A stretch of DNA of 64,000 nucleotides from Spirochaetia bacterium (GTDB lineage: Bacteria; Spirochaetota; Spirochaetia; DSM-2461), in contig CAXXIA010000001.1 in assembly GCA_963666985.2 (NCBI GenBank), forward strand, positions 288,001 through 352,000, given 5' to 3'. Positions within the stretch are counted from its first letter, which is position 1. Each line of letters opens with the position of its first letter. The position numbers and the translations under genes are program-made. Shown here one piece after another: positions 18,741 to 28,577 of this stretch. A model generated the notes under the pieces. It saw only the letters and a list, made by a program, of their open reading frames with translations. It was not told the origin of the DNA and ran no database searches.

Positions 18741-19328
18741 TTACTCAACAGAGTATCGCTCCCGGAGAAGGATGCATAGGCGGTTCAGCCGAGGATCTTT
18801 TGGGCCGGAAAGACCGGCATCGTTGATCATGTCCGTTCGTTCTTTTCGGCACCATGCGTACAGCCTGGCCGCTCCGTCGTCGGGATTTCCCGCGGTCTGA
18901 GCGATGCGAACCATGTCTTTCAGTTCACCGAGATTCAGAAAGAGGTGTGCATTGCCCATTACGATATTGAAGTTCTTCGGACTTCCGGCTTGAACTATGT
19001 CGACAACATCGGGCGCTTTTGCGGGCGCTTGGCCGCCTGATGTTGTCGCGGTTCCCTTCTTGGAATTGGCCAGATCGACGGCCGCTTTATTGAGTTCGAC
19101 GACTTTTTTGTTGTACATCATTGTTTTAACTTGAGTGATCAGCCAGGAGATTTCTTCGGCTTCCAGATTTTCGAGAAGACCGATCAGTTCTCCTTTGGGC
19201 CCTTTCGCGGTTTCTTGAGATGACGTTTTTTTCGCGGCGGTCGTCTTCGGAGTCGTTTTCCCGGAAGCCGGTTTTTTTGCCTTAGCCGTTACCGTAATGA
19301 CTTTTTTCGTACCGGTTTGCTTCGCCAT
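18741..19328 (-). CDS. Hypothetical protein with Lys/Ala/Thr-rich N-terminal tail
   Basis: GGAGG SD; 195-aa ORF. Confidence 0.8.
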   Translation of the reverse strand: MAKQTGTKKVITVTAKAKKPASGKTTPKTTAAKKTSSQETAKGPKGELIGLLENLEAEEISWLITQVKTMMYNKKVVELNKAAVDLANSKKGTATTSGGQAPAKAPDVVDIVQAGSPKNFNIVMGNAHLFLNLGELKDMVRIAQTAGNPDDGAARLYAWCRKERTDMINDAGLSGPKDPRLNRLCILLRERYSVE

Positions 19329-19562
19329 GAACGATCCTCCGAATCTTATTTTAACTCATTCGTGAAAAAATCGTTGAAAGATTGTCGGAACCGAGGCGGA
19401 ATTATGGCAAATGCCCAATTTCGGTTGGTTTTAATGGAAAACTGTCGAAAATGAAGGCATCATGAAGCTGATGAGAGCCCTGATTATTACGCTTTCCATA
19501 GCGATTCTTATAGCAAATACGCTGATATTCTGATTCGTCCGGGAACGGCGGCACGGCGGAAT

Positions 19563-20570
19563 CTATGCGGTCGACTGCATTTCTTCCGTAACCATATTCG
19601 GACAAACTTCTCCGCGTTCAAGAGTTTTGAGATTTTCGAAGGTCGTATCCCGTATATTATCCACCGCTTCACGGGTGAAGAAGGCTTGATGGGCGGTAAT
19701 GAGAACATTGGGGAACGTCTGGAGCCGTACGAAAGTATCGTCCTGAATGACTTCATTTGAGAGATCTTCAAAGAACAGATCATCTTCCTCCTCGTAGACA
19801 TCCAGTCCGACGGCCCCGATTTTCCTGGTTTTTAAACCCTCGATAACGGCTTCCGAATCGATAAGAGATCCGCGGGACGTATTTATAAGCATGACTCCCT
19901 GTTTCATGCTTTTGATGGCGTAATGATTGATCAAATGGTACGTCTCATGCGTGAGAGGACAGTGCAGGGAAATGATATCGCTCTGCCTGTACAGCTCCTC
20001 CAAGGAAACATATTCGGCTCCGGCCGCCTCGGCTTTTGTCGAAGGGTATTTGTCATAAGCCAGGATTTTTACGCCGAAACCGGAGAGAATGCTGATAAAG
20101 ACTCTTCCAATTTTACCCGTACCGATAACACCTATGGTTTTGCCGTGCAGATCAAATCCCATAAGACCGTCCAGGGAGAAATTTCCCTCACGGACGCGGG
20201 CGTGCGCGCGATGAAATTTACGGTTCAGACTCAAAATGAGTCCCAGGGCGTGTTCCGCGATGGCATTGGGCGAATAAGAGGGAACCCGACAAACGGAAAT
20301 CCCGTGAGCCTTGGCACTTCTGACATCGACGTTGTTGAATCCCGCGCAGCGCAAGGCGATAAAACGCACACCGAGTTCCGCCAGGACTTTAATTGTCGAT
20401 GCCCCTACCTCGTCGTTAACGAAGATGCAGACGGCTTCGAATCCGGCCGCGAGACGGGCGGTTTCCTCGTTTAAATTCGTTTCGAAGAACGTTATATCGA
20501 TCGAATCGGGAACGTTTTGAGAAAAAGATTCCCGGACCCATTTTTTGGTTCCGAAGACGGCAAGTTTCAT
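19563..20570 (-). CDS. ldhA: D-lactate dehydrogenase / D-2-hydroxyacid dehydrogenase
   Basis: LRCAGFNNVD, RVPSYSP, GTGKIG, NTSRG, DVYEEE, TAHQAF. Confidence 0.93.
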   Translation of the reverse strand: MKLAVFGTKKWVRESFSQNVPDSIDITFFETNLNEETARLAAGFEAVCIFVNDEVGASTIKVLAELGVRFIALRCAGFNNVDVRSAKAHGISVCRVPSYSPNAIAEHALGLILSLNRKFHRAHARVREGNFSLDGLMGFDLHGKTIGVIGTGKIGRVFISILSGFGVKILAYDKYPSTKAEAAGAEYVSLEELYRQSDIISLHCPLTHETYHLINHYAIKSMKQGVMLINTSRGSLIDSEAVIEGLKTRKIGAVGLDVYEEEDDLFFEDLSNEVIQDDTFVRLQTFPNVLITAHQAFFTREAVDNIRDTTFENLKTLERGEVCPNMVTEEMQSTA

Positions 20571-20852
20571 TGTACCGGCTCCTTAGTCTTGAAATAGTAC
20601 AAGACCAGTAATAAATTAAAATCATTACTGCCGTAAGTCAAGGTTTTCTTCATCGAAATAGATAAAAAAATAGCGAAATCATTTGCGCGGAAAAAGCTCC
20701 GCGCTCGAAAACGGGAATTCAGTCTTTATTGAGGTCCTTTCATCATTCGTGAAATTGTTTCCATCCGATGGCCGAAATCCCTTTGAACACGCTTTTAGAA
20801 AGGTTGTGTTTTAAAGGCCGCTGTTATGTGACATCACTTTTATGAATCCGGA

Positions 20853-21578
20853 TTAAATCCAAGAAGCCTTCATGCGGCAGAGTTCGGTATCGTCGCTTCG
20901 CCGTTTCAGGGAAAAGTCCCGAATACCTTCCTCGCCTCCGGTAAGAACGTCGAGCTCATCTCCAAGAAAGCCTTCGGCCAGGAAATTAATTTCCAGTTCT
21001 GCGAGTGTCTTGTCATCCAGAAATCCCGGATCTACGGCATCCACCATCCATTTGAGGTATCGGACGTTGTTCACGTGGGAGTGGAGATCGATATCGTGGT
21101 ACCCGGCTTTCACCGAACTTTTTCGTTCCAATCCGTCTGCCTGATTCAGGGCCTTCAGATCGTTCTCCCGGACTTTTTCAACACCCGAAAGATCCATATC
21201 GTTTCCAAAAGGAGCGGGTTTCGGTCTTCGACTCTCCCTGTCCATAACGAACCACAGGCTTGTCGCCGCGCCGATTGCACCGCCATTCTCATCAAAAATT
21301 CGGTAATCACGGTTCCATGTAAGGGCGCTTTTGCCCGAGGGCCAGGTTTCGACACGAAGACTCTCATGCCATCGAGGAATGCGATCCATTCGGAGCCATT
21401 GCCGGGAAAGAACCCATTGAAGGCCTTCTTCTTTTAAAAGCGTATAGCCCCATCCGAGATTCTCGGCGTGCATTACGGCGGTTTCCTGAAGGAGGCTGCA
21501 CAGATAGGGGATGGTAATTCTTGCCTTGCGGTCGCATCCGTCGGTTGTAACGGGCCATTCGGCTGAATAAGTCGGCAT
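20853..21578 (-). CDS. Acyl-ACP thioesterase
   Basis: LQETA..HA, WVLSR, DIDLHSHVNNVRY; AAGGAG SD before ATG 21578. Confidence 0.9.
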   Translation of the reverse strand: MPTYSAEWPVTTDGCDRKARITIPYLCSLLQETAVMHAENLGWGYTLLKEEGLQWVLSRQWLRMDRIPRWHESLRVETWPSGKSALTWNRDYRIFDENGGAIGAATSLWFVMDRESRRPKPAPFGNDMDLSGVEKVRENDLKALNQADGLERKSSVKAGYHDIDLHSHVNNVRYLKWMVDAVDPGFLDDKTLAELEINFLAEGFLGDELDVLTGGEEGIRDFSLKRRSDDTELCRMKASWI

Positions 21579-22040
21579 AAAATCGTTCTCCTTAATCGGA
21601 TCGAGGCGAACCGAGTCATATTGTTCAATCAAGAGGTGTTTTCAAAATAGTGAATTCATTTCGTGAGTAAGGCAGCCGGAACACAGAAAGCGCCGTGTCG
21701 TAAAGCTACATGAGCATTTCGAACACCGCCGAACGCCGCTTACGGAATTAAGGTGCATTATGAAAGAGCCTCTCAAGTTCATTCATTATGGCAAGGAAAC
21801 GGCGAAAGGGAGAAGGGCGGGGAATAATTCTAAGATTTGTATTTTCAGAGGCTTTGTCGGAACACCGCGGAAAAACCGGCCGAAGTGTCGGAAAGCGATT
21901 GCGACGGGTGTTTGAGGATTGTAAAAATCAATAAGCGTTCTTGCCCGCCGAGAGGCGTATTCGGGCTTCCTGTATGTTTGCACCTTTTCTCCGGGCAAGA
22001 TAATGAGAACAGTCCATCCCGCCGATCTGTTAAAATCGGC

Positions 22041-23885
22041 ATGTACATGGTTCTTGATTCACGTAAGACAACTATTTTGAATACGCTTCTCCGCAAATCC
22101 GGCTACGTAACCGGAGAGATGCTTTCCATCGCGGCCAAAGCCGCTTTGCGCACCATCAGAACCGATATTCACGATTTGTCTCTGGGACTGGCCGAAGCGG
22201 GAGTTTCTCTGAGGTCCATGCCCGGTCTCGGATATTTCATTGAAAGCGATGATAGGGAACATGTTCGCCGCTGGATGCGTGAGGATTGTGAGCATCAACC
22301 TTCTTCGCCCGCCGAGAGGCGGCTGTTTTTTATCGGAGCTCTGTTTGCAGGTCCCCTCAATCTTCATTTCCTGCCTCCGGGATTCTCTCAAAGTCCTTCG
22401 ACAAGAGAAAAGGATTTGGAATTCGGCAGAAAATGGTTTTCCCGATATGATCTGAAAATTCTCCGCCGTGATGAAATCCTGGTTCTTGAAGGATCCGATG
22501 CGGCGAAAAGGGAGGCTTTCCCTTCATACTGCGCCGAATCTGCGGAACGAACCGGACAGGATGTCTGCTTAATTCTTGAAAATGAATTTCCTGAATTCGG
22601 TAATGCCTCCGCAGCTTTGGAATCTTTTTTAGCCGAATCGAACTTGATTCTCGAGGATGATCTCTTTGAACGAATTCTGGTTTATCTGCTTTCCTGCCTG
22701 CGGTTTCCCCCGGAAGAACACGGCGGAGCGAAGACTTCCGGAGAGACCGAGGATTTCATAAATCGGCTCGCGCGTTTTATGGAGCCGTTTGCGGATCGCC
22801 GTTCCAAGCGGTTCGCGAGAGAACTTTATTCCCGTTTTCCAAACGCCTTAATCCCCGAGCCCCCGAAGCGAGATCAAAAAAAGATTGAGAACACTCTGGA
22901 ACGTTTGCGCCTTAAGGCGCCTTTTGTCGTCGATGAGAAACTTCGTGACGGGCTGACGCGGGTTTATCGGGATGCCGCATCGGCGGCCGAGAGGCTTCAT
23001 CCTCCGCTTATTTCTCTTGAAGAATTGGAGCGATGTTATCCGGGAGCCCTCCGCATGGCTTCCGATTTTGAAGATCTTCTCGCGGAGCCTCCTCCGGTTC
23101 ATTTCGGAGCCGATCGTCTGGTGGATTTCGGACTTTGCTTTGCGGCGAATCTTGAGCGATACGGAGTTCCCGAAAGGCGAAAACGCCTGGCGGCCGTCTG
23201 TTCGGCCGATACGGGAGGGACGCAGCTTTTTTTTGCGAAACTTGAGCGTTATGTCGGTGATGCCGAGATTCTCGGAGTCTTCCCAAAGCATTCGTTGAAA
23301 ACATCTGAAAAATCTTCTCCGGATTTATTCGTCAGTACGGTGCCGCTCGAAACGGATTTTCCGACGTTTTTAATTCCGGATATCTTTGACGACGGCCGTT
23401 TTGAAGAATTGGCCGTGTATCTGGGAGCGTTGAGAGAAGGCCGATCTCCTCTGCTCGAGACCCTGACCGAAAACCTTTATCTTGGAGAATTGAATGCCGA
23501 ATCGGAGGAGGAAGTTCTTTCGATTATGGGCAAACGATTAATCAAATCGGGGAAGGTCGCTGATGATTTTGTCCGGAGGGTTATCCGCAGGGAAAGAATC
23601 ATGAGTACATGTATCGGCAATGGTGTCGCCGTTCCACATGCGATGCCCGCATCGGGCGGTGAGAACGCGGTTTGTACGGCCTTGCTTCGGCGGCCGATTC
23701 TTTGGGGCGGTGAATCCGTACATACGATTTTTCTGCTTTCTCTGGACGGACCGGATTTGGTTCATAGGGAAATCTTTCGCGAGCTCTACGGACTGATTAA
23801 TGATAAAGACACGATAAAGGAATTTCGGCAAAGCGGAGATTTCAGTGTCTTACGGCAAGTAATGGAAAGGAACATGCATGAATGA
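22041..23885 (+). CDS. PTS-associated transcriptional regulator (MtlR/LicR/BglG type with HTH, EIIB-like and EIIA domains)
   Basis: N-terminal HTH (RTIRTDI..PGLGY), AVCSADTG, C-terminal GNGVAVPHA. Confidence 0.85.
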   Translation: MYMVLDSRKTTILNTLLRKSGYVTGEMLSIAAKAALRTIRTDIHDLSLGLAEAGVSLRSMPGLGYFIESDDREHVRRWMREDCEHQPSSPAERRLFFIGALFAGPLNLHFLPPGFSQSPSTREKDLEFGRKWFSRYDLKILRRDEILVLEGSDAAKREAFPSYCAESAERTGQDVCLILENEFPEFGNASAALESFLAESNLILEDDLFERILVYLLSCLRFPPEEHGGAKTSGETEDFINRLARFMEPFADRRSKRFARELYSRFPNALIPEPPKRDQKKIENTLERLRLKAPFVVDEKLRDGLTRVYRDAASAAERLHPPLISLEELERCYPGALRMASDFEDLLAEPPPVHFGADRLVDFGLCFAANLERYGVPERRKRLAAVCSADTGGTQLFFAKLERYVGDAEILGVFPKHSLKTSEKSSPDLFVSTVPLETDFPTFLIPDIFDDGRFEELAVYLGALREGRSPLLETLTENLYLGELNAESEEEVLSIMGKRLIKSGKVADDFVRRVIRRERIMSTCIGNGVAVPHAMPASGGENAVCTALLRRPILWGGESVHTIFLLSLDGPDLVHREIFRELYGLINDKDTIKEFRQSGDFSVLRQVMERNMHE

Positions 23886-24327
23886 ATTATTAAATGGCGA
23901 TCTGATTGATTGTAATTTGAAGAGCCGAGACGGACGCGTGGCTGCCGAAGCTCTTGCGGAGTTACTGCTCAAAAACGGAAGAGTTTCCGACAAAGCCGCC
24001 TTTTTGAAGGATGTCTGGGAAAGGGAGGCCGTTTCCTCCACGGATACCGGAATCGGAGTTGCCATACCTCATGGACGCTCCCAAGCCGTCATTCAAACCT
24101 CGGTCGCCATCGGACGTCATCCCGAGGGGATTTTTTGGGACGACGAAACGGTTCAAGCCGTTGTTCTGCTGGCGGTGAAAGACGATCCGGAAGGATTAAC
24201 CCATTTGGAACTCATTTCCGAGATTTCAACAATGCTGATGGATGATGATTTTCTCGAAGTTCTTTTTCATGCGGAAAAAGATGACTTGCTGAACGAAATA
24301 GACCGAAGGCTGAAGGAGGCAAAATGA
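23878..24327 (+). CDS. PTS fructose-family EIIA
   Basis: ERE..SST..G.GVAIPHG. Confidence 0.93.
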   Translation: MNELLNGDLIDCNLKSRDGRVAAEALAELLLKNGRVSDKAAFLKDVWEREAVSSTDTGIGVAIPHGRSQAVIQTSVAIGRHPEGIFWDDETVQAVVLLAVKDDPEGLTHLELISEISTMLMDDDFLEVLFHAEKDDLLNEIDRRLKEAK

Positions 24328-24638
24328 ATATAATCGCAGTAACATCGTGTCCCATCGGAGCCGCTCATACGTACATGGCGGCCGCGGCTTTGGAGAAGGC
24401 CGCCAAGAAAACAGGACACACGATTAAAGTGGAAACGCAAGGCGGACTGGGATTCAAGAACAAAATCGATTCGGATGATGTCCGTGCGGCCGATGTTCTG
24501 ATTCTGGCGACCGATGTGGCGTGTTTGGAGGCCGAGCGTTTCGATGGTATACCGACACTTGAGGTTTCCACCAAGGAATGCATTAAGGATTCATTATCCG
24601 TGATCAGCCGGGCGCTGGAACTGTCGTCCGCGAAATAG
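24324..24638 (+). CDS. PTS fructose-family EIIB
   Basis: TSCPIGAAHTYMAA, KVETQG. Confidence 0.95.
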   Translation: MNIIAVTSCPIGAAHTYMAAAALEKAAKKTGHTIKVETQGGLGFKNKIDSDDVRAADVLILATDVACLEAERFDGIPTLEVSTKECIKDSLSVISRALELSSAK

Positions 24639-24645
24639 GGAGTAA

Positions 24646-25677
24646 ATGATGGCACAATCAAAGGGTTTTTTCGGAGACGTTAAGCGGCATTTAATGACGG
24701 GCGTTTCGTTCATGCTGCCGGCCATTGTGGTCTATGCGCTGTTCATGGTTCTGGGGCAGGTCGGGGGGGCTTTCGGCGAATTCGCCATTTCGTTGAGCAA
24801 CTTCGCCAAGATGCTCATCGTGCCGCTTCTTTCGGCCTATATCGCCTTTTCCATCGCGGGCAAACTGGCTTTGGTTCCGGCGATTATCATCGGTCTCATG
24901 TCCGACCAGATGGGTATGGGCTTTATCGGCGGACTCGTGGTGGGATTGCTGACCGGATATCTGATTAAAATCATTCTTTTATTGGTGGAGAAGGCCAAAG
25001 GCGGACACACTCTGGATTTGATTACCGGTTTTATTCTGGGGCCCATCGTCGGAACGATGATTATGGGTTTGATTGTCTACTTCCTGATTGCCGCGCCCGT
25101 TGCGTCGATGATGAAGTTCCTCAATGCCTGGCTCGTCGGTTTAAGCGGTATCAGCGTTGTACTCATTTCCGTTATTCTTGCGGCGTTTCTGGCCTTCGAC
25201 ATGGGGGGGCCGTTTAATAAGGTCGCATATTCCTTCATGATTCTCGCCAGTACCGAGGGCGCCTTTCATATTGTCGGACCGGCCCTGGTGGCCATTACGG
25301 TGCCGCCTCTGGCTCTGGGAATCTCCACGCTTGTTTCCAAGAAAAAGTATGACGAAGAGGAACGGGCCGCCGGTAAAACGGCTCTTGTTCTTTCCGCATT
25401 CGGACTTACCGAAGGGGCCATTCCCTTCGCCGCGACCGATCCTTTAAGGGGAATCCCTTCCATTATTTTCGGTTCCGTGGTGGGTTCTGTTTCGGCGGCT
25501 CTCTTCGGCGTCGCCAATACCTCCGTGGTTCCCTCCCTCATGGGAATTTTCTTCGGCATGGCGGGGACTTACGGGATTCTTGACATCCTTTTATACATCC
25601 TTTCTCATTGTCTGGGCGCCGCCGCCGTTATTCTGATTTTGCATTTCTGGAAGAAAGACGCGCCGGTAGAGGACTGA
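24646..25677 (+). CDS. PTS fructose-family EIIC
   Basis: HLMTGVSFMLP, AFDMGGPFNK, GLTEGAIPFA. Confidence 0.95.
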   Translation: MMAQSKGFFGDVKRHLMTGVSFMLPAIVVYALFMVLGQVGGAFGEFAISLSNFAKMLIVPLLSAYIAFSIAGKLALVPAIIIGLMSDQMGMGFIGGLVVGLLTGYLIKIILLLVEKAKGGHTLDLITGFILGPIVGTMIMGLIVYFLIAAPVASMMKFLNAWLVGLSGISVVLISVILAAFLAFDMGGPFNKVAYSFMILASTEGAFHIVGPALVAITVPPLALGISTLVSKKKYDEEERAAGKTALVLSAFGLTEGAIPFAATDPLRGIPSIIFGSVVGSVSAALFGVANTSVVPSLMGIFFGMAGTYGILDILLYILSHCLGAAAVILILHFWKKDAPVED

Positions 25678-25686
25678 CGATTCCGT

Positions 25687-28326
25687 ATGAAGAAGATCCA
25701 CATCGTCCCCCATACGCATTGGGACAGGGAATGGTACAAACCCTACGGTTTTTTCCGCACGAAGTCCGTGTTCGTCATCGACCGGGCGATAGAGGCCTTG
25801 GAAGAATACCCCGGATTTCGGCATTTCATGCTGGACGGACAAACCTCCGTTGTTGAGGACTACCTGAGAATCCGTCCGTCGATGGAGACTCGGCTGAAGA
25901 AACTGGTTTCCATCGGGAAATTAGCCGTAGGTCCCTGGTATATTCAGCCCGACGAGTTTGCCCCCGACGGCGAGTCGCTGGTGAGAAATCTTCAGATCGG
26001 CATTGCTCAAGCCCGAAAATTCGGGCGGTGCATGATGGTGGGGTATCTTCCCGATTCTTTCGGTCATTCCTCGCAGATGCCGCAGATTCTCAAAGGATTC
26101 GGTATCGAAACGGCCGTTGTGATGCGGGGCGTGGACGCCGAGAGCTTGGGAAACGGTGAATTCCTCTGGGAATCGGTTTCCGGTGATTCGGTATCGGCGA
26201 TTTATTTGGTTCAGGGATATTCGAACGCCATGTTTCTTTCCGATAAAAAGGAAATTAATCTGCAGCGGATGAAAAAGCTGGCCGGAGAACTTTCGCAGTG
26301 GACCCGATCCGATACCGTTTTGGCCATGAACGGCGTGGATCATGCGTTCGCCCAGGAGCAGGCGGCGGATCTTGTTTCGGAAAAAGAAGGCATCTTTCTG
26401 GGATCTTTGGAAGAGTATCTGGAGAAGCTGGACTTGGAGCCGGCATCACTGCCGCGGCTGCGCGGAGAGCTGATTACGCCGGTGCATCATCGGGTTCATA
26501 CCAGCATCGCGTCCACGCGGATGCGTCAAAAAATTGAAAACAGACTTTCTTCCGCTTTTTTGGCCAGAACTTTGGAACCCCTGTGTGCGCAGGCCTGGGT
26601 TGAAGGAGCTCCGTATCCGTCGGATCTTATTGACGATGCCTGGAAACTGCTTCTGCAAAATCAGACTCACGACGGAATCGGCGGCTGCTGCACGGATGAA
26701 GTTCACAGGGAAATGGATCAGCGGTTTGTGTCCCTGCGGCAAACGGGATTAACCCTTGCGAAGAATTACAGCCGGGCCATTGCCGCCGCGGTGCCGAACG
26801 ACGGATTCCATATTACGGTGTTCAATACCAGCCTGCGGGCCGGAAAGGTTGTTGTCCGCGCGAAAATTCTTTACGACAAACCTTTTAAGCTGCTTGACGC
26901 CGAGGGTGAGGAAGTTCCCTATCAGATTCTTGAAAAGCAGAACATCGACGTAACGCGAATGTCCATCTGGACGCTCTATCTGTGCGACCCGCATCCGACT
27001 CCTCAAACGATTATTCTGTTCGAATGCGATTTTAAGGCCGCTTGGGCCCGCAGGAGTTTCCGCATTGTTCCCGGCCGGCCGTCCCGGGTCGAATGGCCCG
27101 AAGAGGATGTTTGCGACATAACCATCAATAAAAACGGGAGTGTTGATATCACGGATACGGCATCCGGGGAAACCTACTTCGGACTGAATGTCTATGAAGA
27201 CGTTGGAGATTGCGGAGACAGCTATAATTACTGCCCTCTGAAGCGGGATCAGCGGATTCTGAGTACGTCTTTTCCGGCGGATATACGCTGTGTGGAGCAG
27301 GGACCCATCCGAATGCGTTTTGAGATTCGGCAGAACATCAGCCTTCCGGCTTCATTCGACGAGAAGGAAGGCTGCCGCTCGGAGCATTTTGTAAAAGGAA
27401 CGGTTACAACATCGGTTTATCAGTACCGGAATTCTCCTTTGGTGGGATTTTCCGTCGATATCGACAATAAAGCGCTGGACCATCGTCTCAGGGCTCTTTT
27501 CCCGCTGAATGATTTCGCGGACGAATCTTTTGCCGAAACGCAATTCGGCATAGTCCGCCGGTCCACGAAGGTTCCGCTCCATAACGAAGGATGGCCGGAA
27601 GTACCGCTTCCCATTTATTCCATGCAGCGATTCTGCGGTTTGGATTCCGGCGGCAGAAAGCTGGCGGTACTGAATCGCGGGCTGACCGAGTATGAGGTTT
27701 ACGGGGACGGTAAGAATTCGACTTTGGCCGTAACTCTTCATCGGGGAATCGGCCGGATGGGAAGAGACAATTTGTCGATTCGTCCCGGACGTCCCTCGGG
27801 ACTTCTGATGCCCGTACCGGATGCTCAAGAAAGGGGACGTTTCAGGAGAGATTATGCCGTGCTGGTCGGAGAAGCGGCGGATGTTTCGGGTCTGAGCGCC
27901 CGGGCCGACCATTACGATGCCGAAATTCTTGCCGTGCAGAATCGGCTCGACTGGGGGGTGCCCACCGAAGGAAATGAAATCTTTTTTCAGGTTATGTCCA
28001 TTGAAAATCTTCAAAGCGGCCTTAAGAATTCATTCGATAAGGAATGCGAAGGCGACAGGAAATATCTCTCTTTGAGCGAGGGACTTTTAAGCATAACATC
28101 GATTAAAAAGGCCCGTATCGGCGATGCTCTGGCCGTGCGGATGTATAATCCCGGTCCCCGGCCGGTCGGTGAGCGGCTTTTCCTGGGATTCAATCACGGA
28201 TCCGTATCCGTCACCGATTTGATGGAAGAAAATCCTCGGGAATTAGCGGGAAGTGATTGGTACGACCTTCCCGAGCTGGCCGCCGGAAAAATCTTAACTT
28301 TGAAAATAGAGAAGGTGGTTTCATGA
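25687..28326 (+). CDS. GH38 alpha-mannosidase (MngB-like phospho-glycoside hydrolase)
   Basis: HTHWDREWY, LDGQ, YLPDSFGH, HDGIGGC. Confidence 0.93.
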   Translation: MKKIHIVPHTHWDREWYKPYGFFRTKSVFVIDRAIEALEEYPGFRHFMLDGQTSVVEDYLRIRPSMETRLKKLVSIGKLAVGPWYIQPDEFAPDGESLVRNLQIGIAQARKFGRCMMVGYLPDSFGHSSQMPQILKGFGIETAVVMRGVDAESLGNGEFLWESVSGDSVSAIYLVQGYSNAMFLSDKKEINLQRMKKLAGELSQWTRSDTVLAMNGVDHAFAQEQAADLVSEKEGIFLGSLEEYLEKLDLEPASLPRLRGELITPVHHRVHTSIASTRMRQKIENRLSSAFLARTLEPLCAQAWVEGAPYPSDLIDDAWKLLLQNQTHDGIGGCCTDEVHREMDQRFVSLRQTGLTLAKNYSRAIAAAVPNDGFHITVFNTSLRAGKVVVRAKILYDKPFKLLDAEGEEVPYQILEKQNIDVTRMSIWTLYLCDPHPTPQTIILFECDFKAAWARRSFRIVPGRPSRVEWPEEDVCDITINKNGSVDITDTASGETYFGLNVYEDVGDCGDSYNYCPLKRDQRILSTSFPADIRCVEQGPIRMRFEIRQNISLPASFDEKEGCRSEHFVKGTVTTSVYQYRNSPLVGFSVDIDNKALDHRLRALFPLNDFADESFAETQFGIVRRSTKVPLHNEGWPEVPLPIYSMQRFCGLDSGGRKLAVLNRGLTEYEVYGDGKNSTLAVTLHRGIGRMGRDNLSIRPGRPSGLLMPVPDAQERGRFRRDYAVLVGEAADVSGLSARADHYDAEILAVQNRLDWGVPTEGNEIFFQVMSIENLQSGLKNSFDKECEGDRKYLSLSEGLLSITSIKKARIGDALAVRMYNPGPRPVGERLFLGFNHGSVSVTDLMEENPRELAGSDWYDLPELAAGKILTLKIEKVVS

Positions 28327-28577
28327 AAATCTCCGTTAAGCTGGTTAACCGTTTGGGGCTTCATACCAGGCCTGCCAAGGCGTTCGCCAAAGCCGCGGCC
28401 GCGAGTGAAGGCGATGTGGCCGTTTCTTTCGGAGAGAAAACGGTGAACGGAAAATCCATGATTGCCCTGATGTCCCTCGGCGCGCCGTGCGGCGCCGAAA
28501 TAGACGTGGAAACGGATGAAGATTCAACGGACTTGAGCGATGCGCTGTTGAAGATCCTTGAGACCCACTATGACTGA
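28323..28577 (+). CDS. ptsH: HPr phosphocarrier
   Basis: GLHTRPA and NGKSMIALMSLG; ATGA overlap. Confidence 0.93.
   Translation: MKISVKLVNRLGLHTRPAKAFAKAAAASEGDVAVSFGEKTVNGKSMIALMSLGAPCGAEIDVETDEDSTDLSDALLKILETHYD

Noticed and set aside
20745..20840. Rex or CRP-like sites upstream of ldhA
   Set aside because: Only partial matches; not supportable by eye
21837..22040. Extended start of the PTS regulator
   Set aside because: The HTH domain begins just after ATG 22041/22047, preceded by a -10-like TAAAAT
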